Assembly: GCA_049599475.1 (NCBI GenBank)
Contig: JBMYOQ010000017.1
Location: 1 to 64,000 of the forward strand
Direction: 5' to 3'
DNA: 64,000 bases
Source of the DNA: Opitutales bacterium
GTDB lineage: Bacteria; Verrucomicrobiota; Verrucomicrobiia; Opitutales; JABSRG01
The position numbers and the translations under genes are program-made. Below the pieces are notes generated by a model. The model did not search any database, had not been told where the DNA came from, and saw only the letters and a list, made by a program, of their open reading frames with translations. Shown here piece after piece: positions 10,184 through 20,837 of this stretch (positions are counted from its first letter, which is position 1; each line of letters begins with the position of its first letter).

Positions 10184-12238
10184 CTACTCCATTTCGAAGC
10201 GAGCAACTAGATGATAAGGAACACTCGCTCCAGAACCATCGTCTGTAACGAGGTTATCAAACGAAAAGGCTCCACCGCGCACTTCCGTGCCACGTATCGT
10301 GATGTCCTTACTATTTACTAGGTTGAAAGCCGTTTTCGAAGGCTCCCATACGCCGGTTGTTCGGTGACTCACGTAATTGGCAAAAAATAGATTCTCTGAA
10401 TTTATCACGTGAACCGCGGTTGCATTTTCGCAGCCAATATTCGACTCCGTCTGTAGCCCATAAAAATTCCAATTTGCACTATTCTCCACAGTCAACTCCC
10501 AGTCGTAATGGTGCTCTATGGACACTTGATAGAAAGTACCCGGAATCTTCGTATCTTTGATGTGAAAAGGCTTCCTAGAACGACCAATGTGTATCCAGAA
10601 GTTCTTTACAACAGCAGTGCCCTCATCATAGATCCATACAGACCCCTTGCGATTATTACCTCCAGGCGTGTCCTTTCCGTGCCCGCCGAAACGCACATCG
10701 TCGAAATAGGAACCAGGCCCCGCATTCCACATAAAGCCGATAATGCCAGGATTCACCCCAGGGCTCATCCCAAAACCGCTAATCCCGACTCGGCTTCCCT
10801 TTTGGGTCTGAAAGACTGGTTGGGGATTATCAAAATCACTAAAGAATGGCTCCCCGGTATTGATATGAATGCGCGTATCATCTGGATGCAGGCTAATGAG
10901 CGTTGTATTCTCCCCTAATTCAATTGTGCTCGAGACGCGATACACGCCCAACGGGAAGTAAAGGGTATCATGCTGTTTGATAGCATCCTGTATGATCTGC
11001 GTACAGTCCGTCTTTCCGTCACCCACAGCACCGAGAGTCGTGATATCTATCCAGGTCGAAGAAGGAGGTAAATAGGGCACATCCATTTCGGGAAACACAC
11101 CAAGGCGATCAATGGGCGATTGCTCCATCCGCGTATTGAAGGTGATCTCCGGATCATCCTCCAACCGCATGTTTATGTGGATACCGTGAGAGAAGTCTTC
11201 GATCTCGAAAATGTCTGATGGCGCCTGATAACTCAAAACGACATCTTCTCCAGCTAGCTCTCTCTGATCTATTTCAAACTTCAAAGAATAGGGTACATTC
11301 GAGAATTTTGCGTTCTGAATATTTATCTGATGCTGAGGCGCGGCATACCGGTGCATCAGGAATGCGCTTTTGCTCATATCCTCGAACCAGCAATCTTTCA
11401 CAAACAGTTTATCCGTAGATGGAATCGTGACTCCAACAGGAGAGCCCTTAAATTTCCCGCGGATCAAAATAATACGTCCATTATTCGTAATGACTGAGCT
11501 GTTACGTTGATTCTCAAACGTACAATCGAGAATCGAGTTTTGCCATCCCGGAGGAGACCCGCGCGTAAAGATTGCCCACTCACCTCCCGAGAAGGTGCAG
11601 CGCTCGATCAGGTGGCTCATGTTCTCGACTGCACCCAGGCCACTCCCAATTCTGAAATGCATGTCCTGCAGCATGGTATTCTGAGCAGCCCTGAAACGAA
11701 TTGCGATAGCTGCCGGATTCCGTGCCCCAATTTCAAAGTCGATATTTTTAATACCTCCATAAAATGTACCCATATCACCATCACGGACATCGGCATAAGT
11801 ATAGAGTCCATTCTCTCGTGGCCCGCGCCCCTTCTCACGGGGCTGCTTCGCAAATTGAAGCATGTATTTCATCTCACCTTCCTGAAATCCAGGGGTATTA
11901 TCCGTGAGTTTGAACACGGGTCGATTCTTTCCATAACCGATCAGGCGCACGCCTTTCCACAGGCGGAGCGTCCCTCCAAGGCGATAGGTACCTTCGGGGA
12001 CAAAGATAATTCTGCGGCCCTCGCTTAATCCAGCCTTGTCAATGGCTGCCTGAATCGCGGGAGCGTCATCTTGTATTCCATCTGCCGCTACGCCAAAATT
12101 CTCTGGAGTCAGGTAGTAAGCTTTCGAATCTTCAATTTTATCTGGATAGATGGATTTACCGCCATTGTCATTCGCATGAAGATGTCCGGCAAAAAGAACA
12201 AATAGAATACTGAGGGAGTGTATTAAAGGTGATTTCAT
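10184..12238 (-). CDS. secreted double beta-helix glycan-active protein (Pectate_lyase_3 / GH55-like)
   Basis: Signal peptide; two N-cap motifs (ADGIQDDAPAIQAAID...IFVPEGTYRL and GAVGDGKTDCTQIIQDAI...YFPLGVYRV). Confidence 0.8.
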   Translation of the reverse strand: MKSPLIHSLSILFVLFAGHLHANDNGGKSIYPDKIEDSKAYYLTPENFGVAADGIQDDAPAIQAAIDKAGLSEGRRIIFVPEGTYRLGGTLRLWKGVRLIGYGKNRPVFKLTDNTPGFQEGEMKYMLQFAKQPREKGRGPRENGLYTYADVRDGDMGTFYGGIKNIDFEIGARNPAAIAIRFRAAQNTMLQDMHFRIGSGLGAVENMSHLIERCTFSGGEWAIFTRGSPPGWQNSILDCTFENQRNSSVITNNGRIILIRGKFKGSPVGVTIPSTDKLFVKDCWFEDMSKSAFLMHRYAAPQHQINIQNAKFSNVPYSLKFEIDQRELAGEDVVLSYQAPSDIFEIEDFSHGIHINMRLEDDPEITFNTRMEQSPIDRLGVFPEMDVPYLPPSSTWIDITTLGAVGDGKTDCTQIIQDAIKQHDTLYFPLGVYRVSSTIELGENTTLISLHPDDTRIHINTGEPFFSDFDNPQPVFQTQKGSRVGISGFGMSPGVNPGIIGFMWNAGPGSYFDDVRFGGHGKDTPGGNNRKGSVWIYDEGTAVVKNFWIHIGRSRKPFHIKDTKIPGTFYQVSIEHHYDWELTVENSANWNFYGLQTESNIGCENATAVHVINSENLFFANYVSHRTTGVWEPSKTAFNLVNSKDITIRGTEVRGGAFSFDNLVTDDGSGASVPYHLVARFEME

Positions 12239-12273
12239 TGTGTATTACTTAAAGGTTCACCAGTCAGACCAGA

Positions 12274-14328
12274 CTAGGGGTTCACTTTCAAATTTGAGAA
12301 GACTCTGTAGAAAACGGAGGCATCCATAGTTTCCTCTATAAACGCGTTTTCATAGGGAAACACAGCCCCCGTAAACTCTGCACCACAGATAGTCAGCTGC
12401 CTAACATCTCGAGCTTTAATAGCGTAAGGCGATGGCTCCCATAGGCCTGGTCCTCGGCGACTGCTAAGATTCGCAAACAACAGGTTCTTTGAGGTATTTA
12501 TCATAATACCGGGTCGGGCCTCACCCCCGGAAGACTCATGGATGTCCACGCCAAAGAATGACCAATTTTCCACACCATCCAACTCCATTTCGTAGCCTCC
12601 ATGGTGATCCACAGACATCTGGTACACACGCCCCGGCTTTTCCGTATTTTTCATATAGAATGGCTGCGCACTACGACTATCACTCAACCATATATTTTGA
12701 AAGTCGCCTGAAGAGTGTCCCTGTATCCACAACGAGCCTGCATGACGCGCATCCTCCGAACCGGTCATACCTCCAGAACCAAAATAGACATCGCTCACAG
12801 ATACATTTTGAGCCGCATCAAAGAGCATACCAACCGCACCAGGATTGTTTCCCAAATCAAAACCCAATCCTGATATCCGGGCAGATCCCTTTTCAGGCAC
12901 CTGAATTAACGACTTTACATCGTCTGATTTTTCGAACCCATGAGCAGCATCCTTCAGAACGATTCTAGTAGATCCGGGATGAAGCCCAATCAATCGCGAA
13001 TCTTTTTTCAAACGTAGTGGTTTCGATACGACGTATTCACCCATAGGGAAATAGACGCTCTCGGATTCATCGATTGCTTTTTGGATTGGCTTCCATGAAT
13101 CTGTTTGGCCATCCCCTTCAGCACCGAGCTCTGCTACGTTGGCCCACTGAACGATGTCCAACCTTTCTATGGATCCTTCTTCGCTCAAACTGCTGAATGT
13201 TTCGATCGGGGCTTGATCGAGATGAGTCGCGAACCGTGCGGGTTTTTCCGCTGTATTGGGTATCGTGATATGTCTTCCATGCGAGAAGGATTTGATCTCG
13301 TATTGAGAAGCCGGTGCTTCATAGACCCACTTCAATTCTTTGACGTTCCATCCCGCGGCACGGCCACTGAACCTCACAGAAAACGGGACGTCCGAAAACT
13401 TCAAGTTGTGCAAGTTTACATGTAGCTCCGGCGATACGTAGTTTCTGATACGCAGAGCTGTCTCATCAATGTTTTCAAAAGAGCTATCGCTTATATAAAT
13501 CCTCTCAAAAACGCGACCCAAGATTCCAATGGGCATATTCTTGAAAGCGGATCCCATAACAGTGAATCCTGAAAAGAAGGAATAAATAGCCTGCTCACGT
13601 TGCCCATCGAAGATACAGTTTTTCACCAAGGCAGGTAAGTCCATCGAGGAACGTTCTGAATAAATGGCCCAGGCACCTCCGTAGATATTACAATTCTCAA
13701 TAACATTTCCGATACGATCAATCGCCCCAAGTCCACCCCCGATGCTGAAATCAATATTCTTAAGCACGGAATTTCGGGCGGCCCCATAGCTTACCGCGAC
13801 CGCAGCGGGGTTACCGTCCTCAATCTGAAAGTTGATGTTGATAATCCCCGAAAAGTGCGTGCCTCCGCCCGCATCGGTCACCTCTTCATCCTTCCAGAGC
13901 CCATCTGTAGGTCGGCTCGCGCCCTTGGGTGCCTCGCAGAATTGGATGAGGTATCTTCTAAATCCGTCCTGAAATCCAGGGGTGTTTTCAGCTAATTTGA
14001 AGACAGGCCTCTCGGTGCCATATCCTACGAGGCGAATCCCTTGCCAGAGGCGTAGCGTACCGCCCAAACGGTAAGTCCCCTGTGGAACGTAGACGATACC
14101 CCCGCGCTCATCCGTCTCGAGCAGTGAATCGATGGCGGCCTGAATAGCCGGAGCATCGTCCCGAGTGCCATCTGCCGAAACATTGAATGACCCCGGCTTC
14201 AGATAGACTGCACTCGGGTCGCTCAGTTCGGTTCGGTAAATTGAGCGTATATTAAGGTCGTCGGCATGCGCAGCGTGCAGACACAACAGCAACGCAAAAC
14301 CAAGAAAGGTATTCCGGAGAAAGTTCAT
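12274..14328 (-). CDS. secreted double beta-helix glycan-active protein (Pectate_lyase_3 / GH55-like), paralog
   Basis: Signal peptide from MNFLRN; ADGTRDDAPAIQAAID and GAEGDGQTDSWKPIQKAID motifs; collinear with the neighbouring gene. Confidence 0.8.
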   Translation of the reverse strand: MNFLRNTFLGFALLLCLHAAHADDLNIRSIYRTELSDPSAVYLKPGSFNVSADGTRDDAPAIQAAIDSLLETDERGGIVYVPQGTYRLGGTLRLWQGIRLVGYGTERPVFKLAENTPGFQDGFRRYLIQFCEAPKGASRPTDGLWKDEEVTDAGGGTHFSGIININFQIEDGNPAAVAVSYGAARNSVLKNIDFSIGGGLGAIDRIGNVIENCNIYGGAWAIYSERSSMDLPALVKNCIFDGQREQAIYSFFSGFTVMGSAFKNMPIGILGRVFERIYISDSSFENIDETALRIRNYVSPELHVNLHNLKFSDVPFSVRFSGRAAGWNVKELKWVYEAPASQYEIKSFSHGRHITIPNTAEKPARFATHLDQAPIETFSSLSEEGSIERLDIVQWANVAELGAEGDGQTDSWKPIQKAIDESESVYFPMGEYVVSKPLRLKKDSRLIGLHPGSTRIVLKDAAHGFEKSDDVKSLIQVPEKGSARISGLGFDLGNNPGAVGMLFDAAQNVSVSDVYFGSGGMTGSEDARHAGSLWIQGHSSGDFQNIWLSDSRSAQPFYMKNTEKPGRVYQMSVDHHGGYEMELDGVENWSFFGVDIHESSGGEARPGIMINTSKNLLFANLSSRRGPGLWEPSPYAIKARDVRQLTICGAEFTGAVFPYENAFIEETMDASVFYRVFSNLKVNP

Positions 14329-14721
14329 GAGGGGATCGTCTACGTTAACCCGCACGGTACATTGTTTTCAATAAACCAAACACCCAGGAATCCTCCCGAA
14401 TATATGCCTAAACCTTTCTCATAATGATTTTTATGAACAAAGGGCGAACCGGAGATGTGGATTTACCATAATAAACGAAAACACTTTTGAGAGATGTTAT
14501 ATTACGATGCATAATAAGAGTTCGCTCCGATCCACTTGCTTAGCCGGAGCCCCAAAAGAGCGGTTGGTAATCCTCGACGGTCTCACACTTCCTAGGTTTA
14601 TGATTGTAATCAAAAGTCGTGGCCTTTTTCGTTCAAACATGAGTCAGGACTCACCCGGCTCATTCGTTTCTCTCACCTACTCAAAAGTTAAATCATTTGA
14701 GTTAACACTCATCTCATAAAC

Positions 14722-15396
14722 ATGTTTAGAATCAAATTAGCTCTCATCATTGGAGGCGGTGTACTCGCCTTTCTCGGATTCCAAGAGTTCACCGTTAGCC
14801 AAACTGCGAGCCTACCCGCTTACGAAGTAGAGCTTTCAGAGCTAGAGGAGTCCACCGAACTGCCAAACAATTATATCAAGGTGGGCACCCATTGGTCTGT
14901 CTACGGAGGCGCCATCTACGAGTATGAATTGGCAAAGGGAAGTTCTGACGGCCCCAATGACAGTTCCAAAGTAAATTACTGCTATTATCCGGTAGTCTCT
15001 AACACTCATCCATACGTGGTAACCACCGATCAGCTATTTGAAAAATTTGGCGGTCCTGAGAACGTTCCGGAAGCAGCCTGGCCCGAATTCAAACAATTCT
15101 CAGTTTTGGTGAAAACCAAACGCTTCGACACGATTGGAAGCATTCCCGACGATTGGCTAGAAGCTGAGACTATTGAAGGCTTGGTGATTAACCGTATAGC
15201 GAGCCTCGACGCGGAGGAAGAAGGCCTGCTCCGCCAGAGTTTTCCCTCCATCAATCTCGATCATGTCCTTATCCTTGAGGAGGGTCGCCAGCCCAGTCCG
15301 GCGTCTACTTCATTTGGCATGATGGGTGGTGGTTCAGCCCTCGCCCTCCTTGGTCTAGTTTGGATTGTGCGTCCGAAACGAAAGCAAGAGGCCTAG
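14722..15396 (+). CDS. hypothetical membrane protein (N- and C-terminal TM helices)
   Basis: 224-aa ORF with two hydrophobic segments flanking a soluble domain; followed by a terminator. Confidence 0.75.
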   Translation: MFRIKLALIIGGGVLAFLGFQEFTVSQTASLPAYEVELSELEESTELPNNYIKVGTHWSVYGGAIYEYELAKGSSDGPNDSSKVNYCYYPVVSNTHPYVVTTDQLFEKFGGPENVPEAAWPEFKQFSVLVKTKRFDTIGSIPDDWLEAETIEGLVINRIASLDAEEEGLLRQSFPSINLDHVLILEEGRQPSPASTSFGMMGGGSALALLGLVWIVRPKRKQEA

Positions 15397-15461
15397 TGCA
15401 CAAAGGCTCTGCGGGTTTTCCAATCAGTCACTCGCCCGGGAAACCGCACAAATTATTCGTC

Positions 15462-15493
15462 AAGGCTCTCGTATTCCAGCGAGGGCCTTTTTT
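15462..15493 (+). terminator. intrinsic terminator
   Basis: AAGGCTCTCG / CGAGGGCCTT then a T-run. Confidence 0.75.
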
Positions 15494-15534
15494 GGGCTGA
15501 TACGTAGGGTAGCCAGCCCTGGGGACTCAGGAGC

Positions 15535-16173
15535 CTAACTGTCTTTTTTCTCGGACTTTTCCTCGTCCAGCTCGTTATCGAATTCTATTTCATCATCCGA
15601 TAGAGCCCCGGAAGACTCTGAAGAGTAGGCAACTGACGAGCTTGACTGATACGATGAAGGCTCGCTCGCGCCGACGGGTGCTGCGGCTGCAGTTGGTGCT
15701 ACAGTCTGCTGAGGCATCACCGGTAAATTCCCTACACTGGTCACCAAAATATCGATCGGCCCGAGTTTCTCGAATCCGAGGTTCTCCATCAACTGCGTGC
15801 GCAGATGATTGCGCAGACGATCCCGTATATCTTTCATCCGCGCATCACCCTGGACCTTGAGCTTAATGCGCAAAGCAGGCACACCTTTCTTCACGTAGGT
15901 GATGACTTTTGGCTGTGTGACAGTCTCTATCTGCTGGCACGTGCTCTGAACGAGCTCATTGATCGCAGAGCGACTGACTTCGACTCGGCCATTGGCATCT
16001 TCATAGGCCAATACCGACTTACCTCTCCGTTTCGATCTGACGATGAGCAACAAAAACAACAGCAGCAGAACGACCGGGATACACCAGTAGGGAGCGTAAG
16101 GGCTCTCCATGAACGTGCCCCACCATTCCGAGGCACCTTCCGACAACGAATTTAAAAGATTCTCCCAATCCAT
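15535..16173 (-). CDS. AmaP-like alkaline shock response membrane anchor protein
   Basis: N-terminal TM helix then GRVEVSRSAINELV, an Asp23-like fold; acidic tail; directly follows the asp23 gene. Confidence 0.65.
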   Translation of the reverse strand: MDWENLLNSLSEGASEWWGTFMESPYAPYWCIPVVLLLLFLLLIVRSKRRGKSVLAYEDANGRVEVSRSAINELVQSTCQQIETVTQPKVITYVKKGVPALRIKLKVQGDARMKDIRDRLRNHLRTQLMENLGFEKLGPIDILVTSVGNLPVMPQQTVAPTAAAAPVGASEPSSYQSSSSVAYSSESSGALSDDEIEFDNELDEEKSEKKDS

Positions 16174-16175
16174 AA

Positions 16176-16202
16176 TAAAAAAGCTCGGTGAAAACCGAGC
16201 TT
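16176..16202 (-). terminator. terminator-like hairpin between asp23 and the amaP-like gene
   Basis: Minus strand reads AAGCTCGGT-TTTC-ACCGAGCTT-TTTTATT-ATG. Confidence 0.65.
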
Positions 16203-16214
16203 GCTTTAACTAAA

Positions 16215-16658
16215 TCAATCTACGCTTTGCACAGCGGCTGCCTCGGCCTCGGGGGTTTCCTTCGGCTCCATCCGAACTGACTCGATGATGACATCCACCT
16301 TCGCGACCGTCTGGCTGGTCATGCGCTCTACGTAATCGATAATGGTCTGCTGGACAATTTTACCCGTTTTAGCGAGCTCGACTCCAAATTTGAGCTGCAC
16401 CTTGATCTCAATCGTATATTCACCGACTTCATCAAGGCTGACCTTTACGCCGCCCTTGCCACCGCTGTCCTTAAACATTTCAGCGATACCTTCTTTGAAG
16501 CCACCTCCAACAGCCACTACGCCGGGCACCTCAAGAGTCGCAAGGCGGACAATATTGGCAACGACTTCGTGATTGATACGAATTTCTCCAGAGGAAGATC
16601 CTTCCTCGCTCACGGTGGGGATTGATTCAGTTTCGCTGTAATCGGTGTCTTGGCTCAT
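16215..16658 (-). CDS. Asp23/Gls24 family envelope stress response protein
   Basis: GEIRINHEVVANIVRLATLEVPGV...GVKV...VERMTSQTVAKVDVII. Confidence 0.9.
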   Translation of the reverse strand: MSQDTDYSETESIPTVSEEGSSSGEIRINHEVVANIVRLATLEVPGVVAVGGGFKEGIAEMFKDSGGKGGVKVSLDEVGEYTIEIKVQLKFGVELAKTGKIVQQTIIDYVERMTSQTVAKVDVIIESVRMEPKETPEAEAAAVQSVD

Positions 16659-16659
16659 C

Positions 16660-18042
16660 TTATTCGTCGAGAGGCGTTTTGGTTAAAATGTCTTTAGGGG
16701 TGCGGTTCATGAATTCTTCGATGAATTTCGTGGTAGCCTCACCTTGTCTAAATACGGGATCGTTTACAATTGCTTTAGTAAAGGGAATCGTCGTTTTGAT
16801 CCCTCTCACTAGATATTCACTTAAAGCGCGATTCATGCGATCCAATGCCAGGTCACGATTGCGCCCAAAAGTCATGACTTTACTGATCATGCTATCGTAG
16901 TAGGGCGGAATGGTGTAGCCGGAGTAAACATGCGAATCGATACGCACGCCATGGCCCCCAGGAGCGTAGTAGAGACCAATTTCCCCAGGGCATGGAGCAA
17001 AGTTGCGGCCCGGATCTTCAGCGTTCACACGCACCTCCACCGCATGGCGGAGGATCTTAATGTCTCTCTGCTGGTATGCGAGTTTCTCGCCGCTCGCGAT
17101 CAAGAGCTGCTCTTTCACCAGGTCGATACCGGTCACTTCTTCGGTAACACCATGCTCCACCTGGATACGGGTGTTCATCTCGATGAAGTAGAAATTGCCG
17201 TGTTTATCGACGAGATATTCGATGGTTCCGGCATTCGCATACCCACAGGCCTTCGCCGCATTAATCGAGGCATCGCCCATCTTTTTACGCAATTTCGGCG
17301 TAAGGAAGGGCGAGGGCGCTTCTTCGATCAGCTTTTGGTGGCGACGCTGAATGGAGCAATCCCGCTCACCGAGGTGGATCACGTTACCATATTCATCAGC
17401 GAGAATCTGAAACTCAATATGGCGCGGCTCTTCGATGAATTTTTCGATATAGACAGAACCATTGCCAAAAGCATTGGCAGCCTCATTGCGTGCGGCGATG
17501 AATTCCTTTTGGAAAGCCATCGCGTTATGCGCAGTCCGCATACCCTTACCGCCACCACCGGCGACCGCCTTGATGATTACAGGAAAACCGATTTCCTGAG
17601 CGACTTTGAGAGCTTCCGCTTCATCATCGATCACGCCATCTGAACCTGGGACTGTCGGAACACCGGCCTTTTTGACGATTTCACGTGCTACGGCCTTGTC
17701 ACCCATGTTGCGGATGATGTCGCCCTTGGGTCCAACGAACTTGATATTACACTGCTCACACTGGTCGGCGAAATCAGCGTTTTCAGCCAAGAATCCGTAA
17801 CCAGGGTGAATGGCATCCACATCGGCAATCTCGGCTGCGCTAATGATGCGATCCGATTTCAGATAGCTCTCAATACCCGGCGCTGGGCCAATGCAAATAG
17901 CGGCGTCTGCCAGCTGGACGTGAAGAGACTGTTCGTCAGCCTCTGAATAGACTGCGATAGTCTGGATTCCCAGCTCGCGACAGGCACGAACGATGCGCAG
18001 GGCAATTTCCCCGCGATTTGCGATCAGCAGTTTTTTAATCAT
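16660..18042 (-). CDS. accC: acetyl-CoA carboxylase biotin carboxylase subunit
   Basis: [47 protein letters not shown]. Confidence 0.98.
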   Translation of the reverse strand: MIKKLLIANRGEIALRIVRACRELGIQTIAVYSEADEQSLHVQLADAAICIGPAPGIESYLKSDRIISAAEIADVDAIHPGYGFLAENADFADQCEQCNIKFVGPKGDIIRNMGDKAVAREIVKKAGVPTVPGSDGVIDDEAEALKVAQEIGFPVIIKAVAGGGGKGMRTAHNAMAFQKEFIAARNEAANAFGNGSVYIEKFIEEPRHIEFQILADEYGNVIHLGERDCSIQRRHQKLIEEAPSPFLTPKLRKKMGDASINAAKACGYANAGTIEYLVDKHGNFYFIEMNTRIQVEHGVTEEVTGIDLVKEQLLIASGEKLAYQQRDIKILRHAVEVRVNAEDPGRNFAPCPGEIGLYYAPGGHGVRIDSHVYSGYTIPPYYDSMISKVMTFGRNRDLALDRMNRALSEYLVRGIKTTIPFTKAIVNDPVFRQGEATTKFIEEFMNRTPKDILTKTPLDE

Positions 18043-18067
18043 GTGCGCTTTGGAGGGATCGAGGAGA

Positions 18068-18559
18068 TTAAGCCTTTAGCTTAAGGAGCGGCTGCCCGAA
18101 TTCGACAGGGTCTCCGTTCTCGACCAAAATTTCTGCGACAGTTCCAGTCTCTTCGGCCTGGATTTCGTTCATCACCTTCATGGCTTCAATAATGCAGACA
18201 GGTGTATCAGCGCTCACTTTAGACCCAATCTTCACGAAAGGCTCAGCATCTGGAGACGGCGCTGTGTAGAAAGTTCCGACCATGGGAGATTTTACGATTT
18301 TGAAGTCCCCGCTTTCAGCAGCAGGCGCCGCAGCTGGGGCAGGTGCAGGTGCCGCAGCAGCCTCAGTTGGAAACGGAGGCACCGTAGCAGCCGGTGCATA
18401 AGCGGGTGCGGGCGGCATATATGTAACTGCCGGCGCGGCCGCTGGTTGACTACCTTCACGCGAAATCTTTAGCTTGAGGCCATCTTCTTCGATCTCGAAA
18501 TCGGTCAGATCGGCCCGCTTCATGAGGTCGACGAGTTGCTTAATGTTTTTAAGATCCAA
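18068..18559 (-). CDS. accB: acetyl-CoA carboxylase biotin carboxyl carrier protein
   Basis: [17 protein letters not shown] biotinylation motif, Ala/Pro linker; TTG start. Confidence 0.98.
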   Translation of the reverse strand: MDLKNIKQLVDLMKRADLTDFEIEEDGLKLKISREGSQPAAAPAVTYMPPAPAYAPAATVPPFPTEAAAAPAPAPAAAPAAESGDFKIVKSPMVGTFYTAPSPDAEPFVKIGSKVSADTPVCIIEAMKVMNEIQAEETGTVAEILVENGDPVEFGQPLLKLKA

Positions 18560-18802
18560 GGCTTAGGTTGGTTAGAGTTAAATGGGCGACAAAAACGCTG
18601 AACTGGGTGCGTGACAATACGTAAAATCCGAATCCTTCTTCGTAATTTCTCGAAGAACTGAGCTAAATTTGCGCCCAAACTTCCTATATTAAACCGAAAA
18701 AGCATTGAAACGGCAGCCTTTCTCCGTTCGCTTCCATCACTTTTCAGCACCGATTTAGGTACCCATTAGTCTACATTTTACCCGATTCCCGACCCAAACT
18801 TT

Positions 18803-20809
18803 GTGAGCGATCGTTCTTCCCATCTTCCAGAAGTCACCGAAATGCTCGGCGAATATTACGCCGACTACGCATCCTACGTCATCCTTGACCGCGCTGTTCC
18901 GTATATTCAGGACGGCCTGAAGCCGGTCCAGCGACGCATCCTGCATGCACTTTGGGAAAAGGACGACGGACGCTTCAACAAGGTAGCGAACGTGATCGGG
19001 CACACCATGTCCTATCACCCCCACGGAGATGCATCCATCGGGGACGCTCTGGTGCAGCTCGGCCAAAAGAATCTCCTGGTCGAAACTCAAGGAAACTGGG
19101 GAAATATCTATACTGGGGACTCCGCAGCGGCCGCCCGTTACATCGAAGCGCGCCTCAGCAAATTCGCCAAGGAAGTCGTCTTTAACAAAAAGACCACACA
19201 CTGGGACAAGTCATACGATGGCCGCAATGACGAGCCGATTCACCTCCCAGTAAAATTCCCACTCGTCCTAGCAATGGGCGTCGAGGGTATCGCCGTAGGC
19301 ATGGCCTGTAAGATCATGCCGCACAATTTCAATGAGTTGTGCGACGCCTCCATCGCGTCTCTCAAAGGAGAAACATTCGAGCTTGTCCCAGATTTTCAGA
19401 CAGGCGGCATCGCAGATTTCTCAGATTACCGCGACGGCCTCCAAGGAGGCAGAATCAAAGTCCGTGCACGGATCGAAAAAGGTGAAAAGAAATCGATCCT
19501 GAACATCAGCGAGATCCCCTTCGGCACAAATACACAAACGCTCATCCAGAGCATCGTGAACGCCTCGGAGAAGGGAAAGATCAAGATCGCGAAGGTGGAA
19601 GACCTGACCTCCGACGTCGTCCGCATCCGAATCACACTCCCTGGCGGCATCGATCCTCAGACTGCCATGGATGCACTTTATGCCTTCACCGACTGTGAGA
19701 TCTCCATCGCGCCGAACACCGCAGTCATTCACAAGGGCAAACCCAACTTTCTTGGCGTCTCCGAGATCCTCGCCCTTTCGGCAAAGCACACTAAGGCTCT
19801 CCTGAAATGGGAACTCGAGATCAAGCGCGATGAACTCGAGGAGGAATGGCATTTCAAATCACTCGAGCGCCTCTACATCGAGCACGAGCTCTATGATCTG
19901 CTCAAAAAAGTGCAGACCAACCCGGAAGCACATAAAGTCTTACTCAAGGCCCTCAAGCCGCTTCTGCCTCAGGTGAACCTGAAGCGCGATATCACTCACG
20001 ACGACATCGAAAAGCTGCTCGATGTACAAACCCGTCGGATCATCCGCCACAACGCCGAGGCCGCAGACAAAAAGCTCAAGGATATCGAGGATGCCCTCAA
20101 ACAAGTCCGCGCCTACCTTCGCAAACTCAACGAATACACCATCGCGTGGTTCACCGATCTCAAAAAGCGCTACGGTAAGGAGCGCGAGCGTCGCACCGAG
20201 ATTTCGAGTTTCGACAAAATCGTCGCAGCCGAGGTCGCGATTGCCAACGAGACCCTAAATCTCGACCGCAAAGAAGGCTTCGCGGGCTATGCCTTAAAGC
20301 GAGGTGGCAAATACGAGCTCATTGGCAAGTGTTCGCGCATGGACGACACCATCACTTTCCGCAAGAACGGGACAATGGTCGTGCAGAAAGTGGGCGAAAA
20401 AGTCTTTGTCGGTGTCGACCCGATCCACTGCGCACTTTTCCCGAAGGACGATACCACCGTATACTGCATGCTCTACTTCGACAAGAAATCAGGCAGGACC
20501 TACGGTAAGAAATTCCAGATCGGCGGCGTCACCCGTGAACGCGAGTATGCCCTCGTAAAAGACACCGCGAAAAGCCGCATTCTCTTTCTGCAGGCCCTCG
20601 AAAGTCCCGAAACACCGGCACCGACGCTCTGGGTCCGCCTGAAACCTCAACCCCGCCTCCGCAAGGATCTCATTCCTTTCGACTTTGGCAGCATTGAAAT
20701 CAAAGGCCGCGGTGCCATCGGCAACATAGTCGCCGACAAGCCCATCAAGGCGATCACCAAAAACCGGCCAGCCGACGCCCCAGCACCTCAGCAAGGCGAC
20801 CTGTTTTAG
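18803..20809 (+). CDS. parC: DNA topoisomerase IV / gyrase subunit A (short form, probably ParC)
   Basis: DGLKPVQRRIL, YHPHGDASI, AAARYIEARL catalytic Tyr; 668 aa with a shortened C-terminus and no recognisable GyrA box. Confidence 0.8.
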   Translation: MSDRSSHLPEVTEMLGEYYADYASYVILDRAVPYIQDGLKPVQRRILHALWEKDDGRFNKVANVIGHTMSYHPHGDASIGDALVQLGQKNLLVETQGNWGNIYTGDSAAAARYIEARLSKFAKEVVFNKKTTHWDKSYDGRNDEPIHLPVKFPLVLAMGVEGIAVGMACKIMPHNFNELCDASIASLKGETFELVPDFQTGGIADFSDYRDGLQGGRIKVRARIEKGEKKSILNISEIPFGTNTQTLIQSIVNASEKGKIKIAKVEDLTSDVVRIRITLPGGIDPQTAMDALYAFTDCEISIAPNTAVIHKGKPNFLGVSEILALSAKHTKALLKWELEIKRDELEEEWHFKSLERLYIEHELYDLLKKVQTNPEAHKVLLKALKPLLPQVNLKRDITHDDIEKLLDVQTRRIIRHNAEAADKKLKDIEDALKQVRAYLRKLNEYTIAWFTDLKKRYGKERERRTEISSFDKIVAAEVAIANETLNLDRKEGFAGYALKRGGKYELIGKCSRMDDTITFRKNGTMVVQKVGEKVFVGVDPIHCALFPKDDTTVYCMLYFDKKSGRTYGKKFQIGGVTREREYALVKDTAKSRILFLQALESPETPAPTLWVRLKPQPRLRKDLIPFDFGSIEIKGRGAIGNIVADKPIKAITKNRPADAPAPQQGDLF

Positions 20810-20837
20810 GTCCAGAGGTTTTTTTAGAAGCCTTCGC

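Noticed and set aside
16930..17643. Long antisense ORFs (also 2559-3134, 4071-4712, 43357-44007, 49816-50481, 61297-61923)
   Set aside because: Shadow frames opposite well-supported genes, with no recognisable motifs.
18803..20809. Truncated gyrA pseudogene
   Set aside because: Intact 668-aa ORF with the catalytic Tyr; short topoisomerase IV A subunits are a known form.
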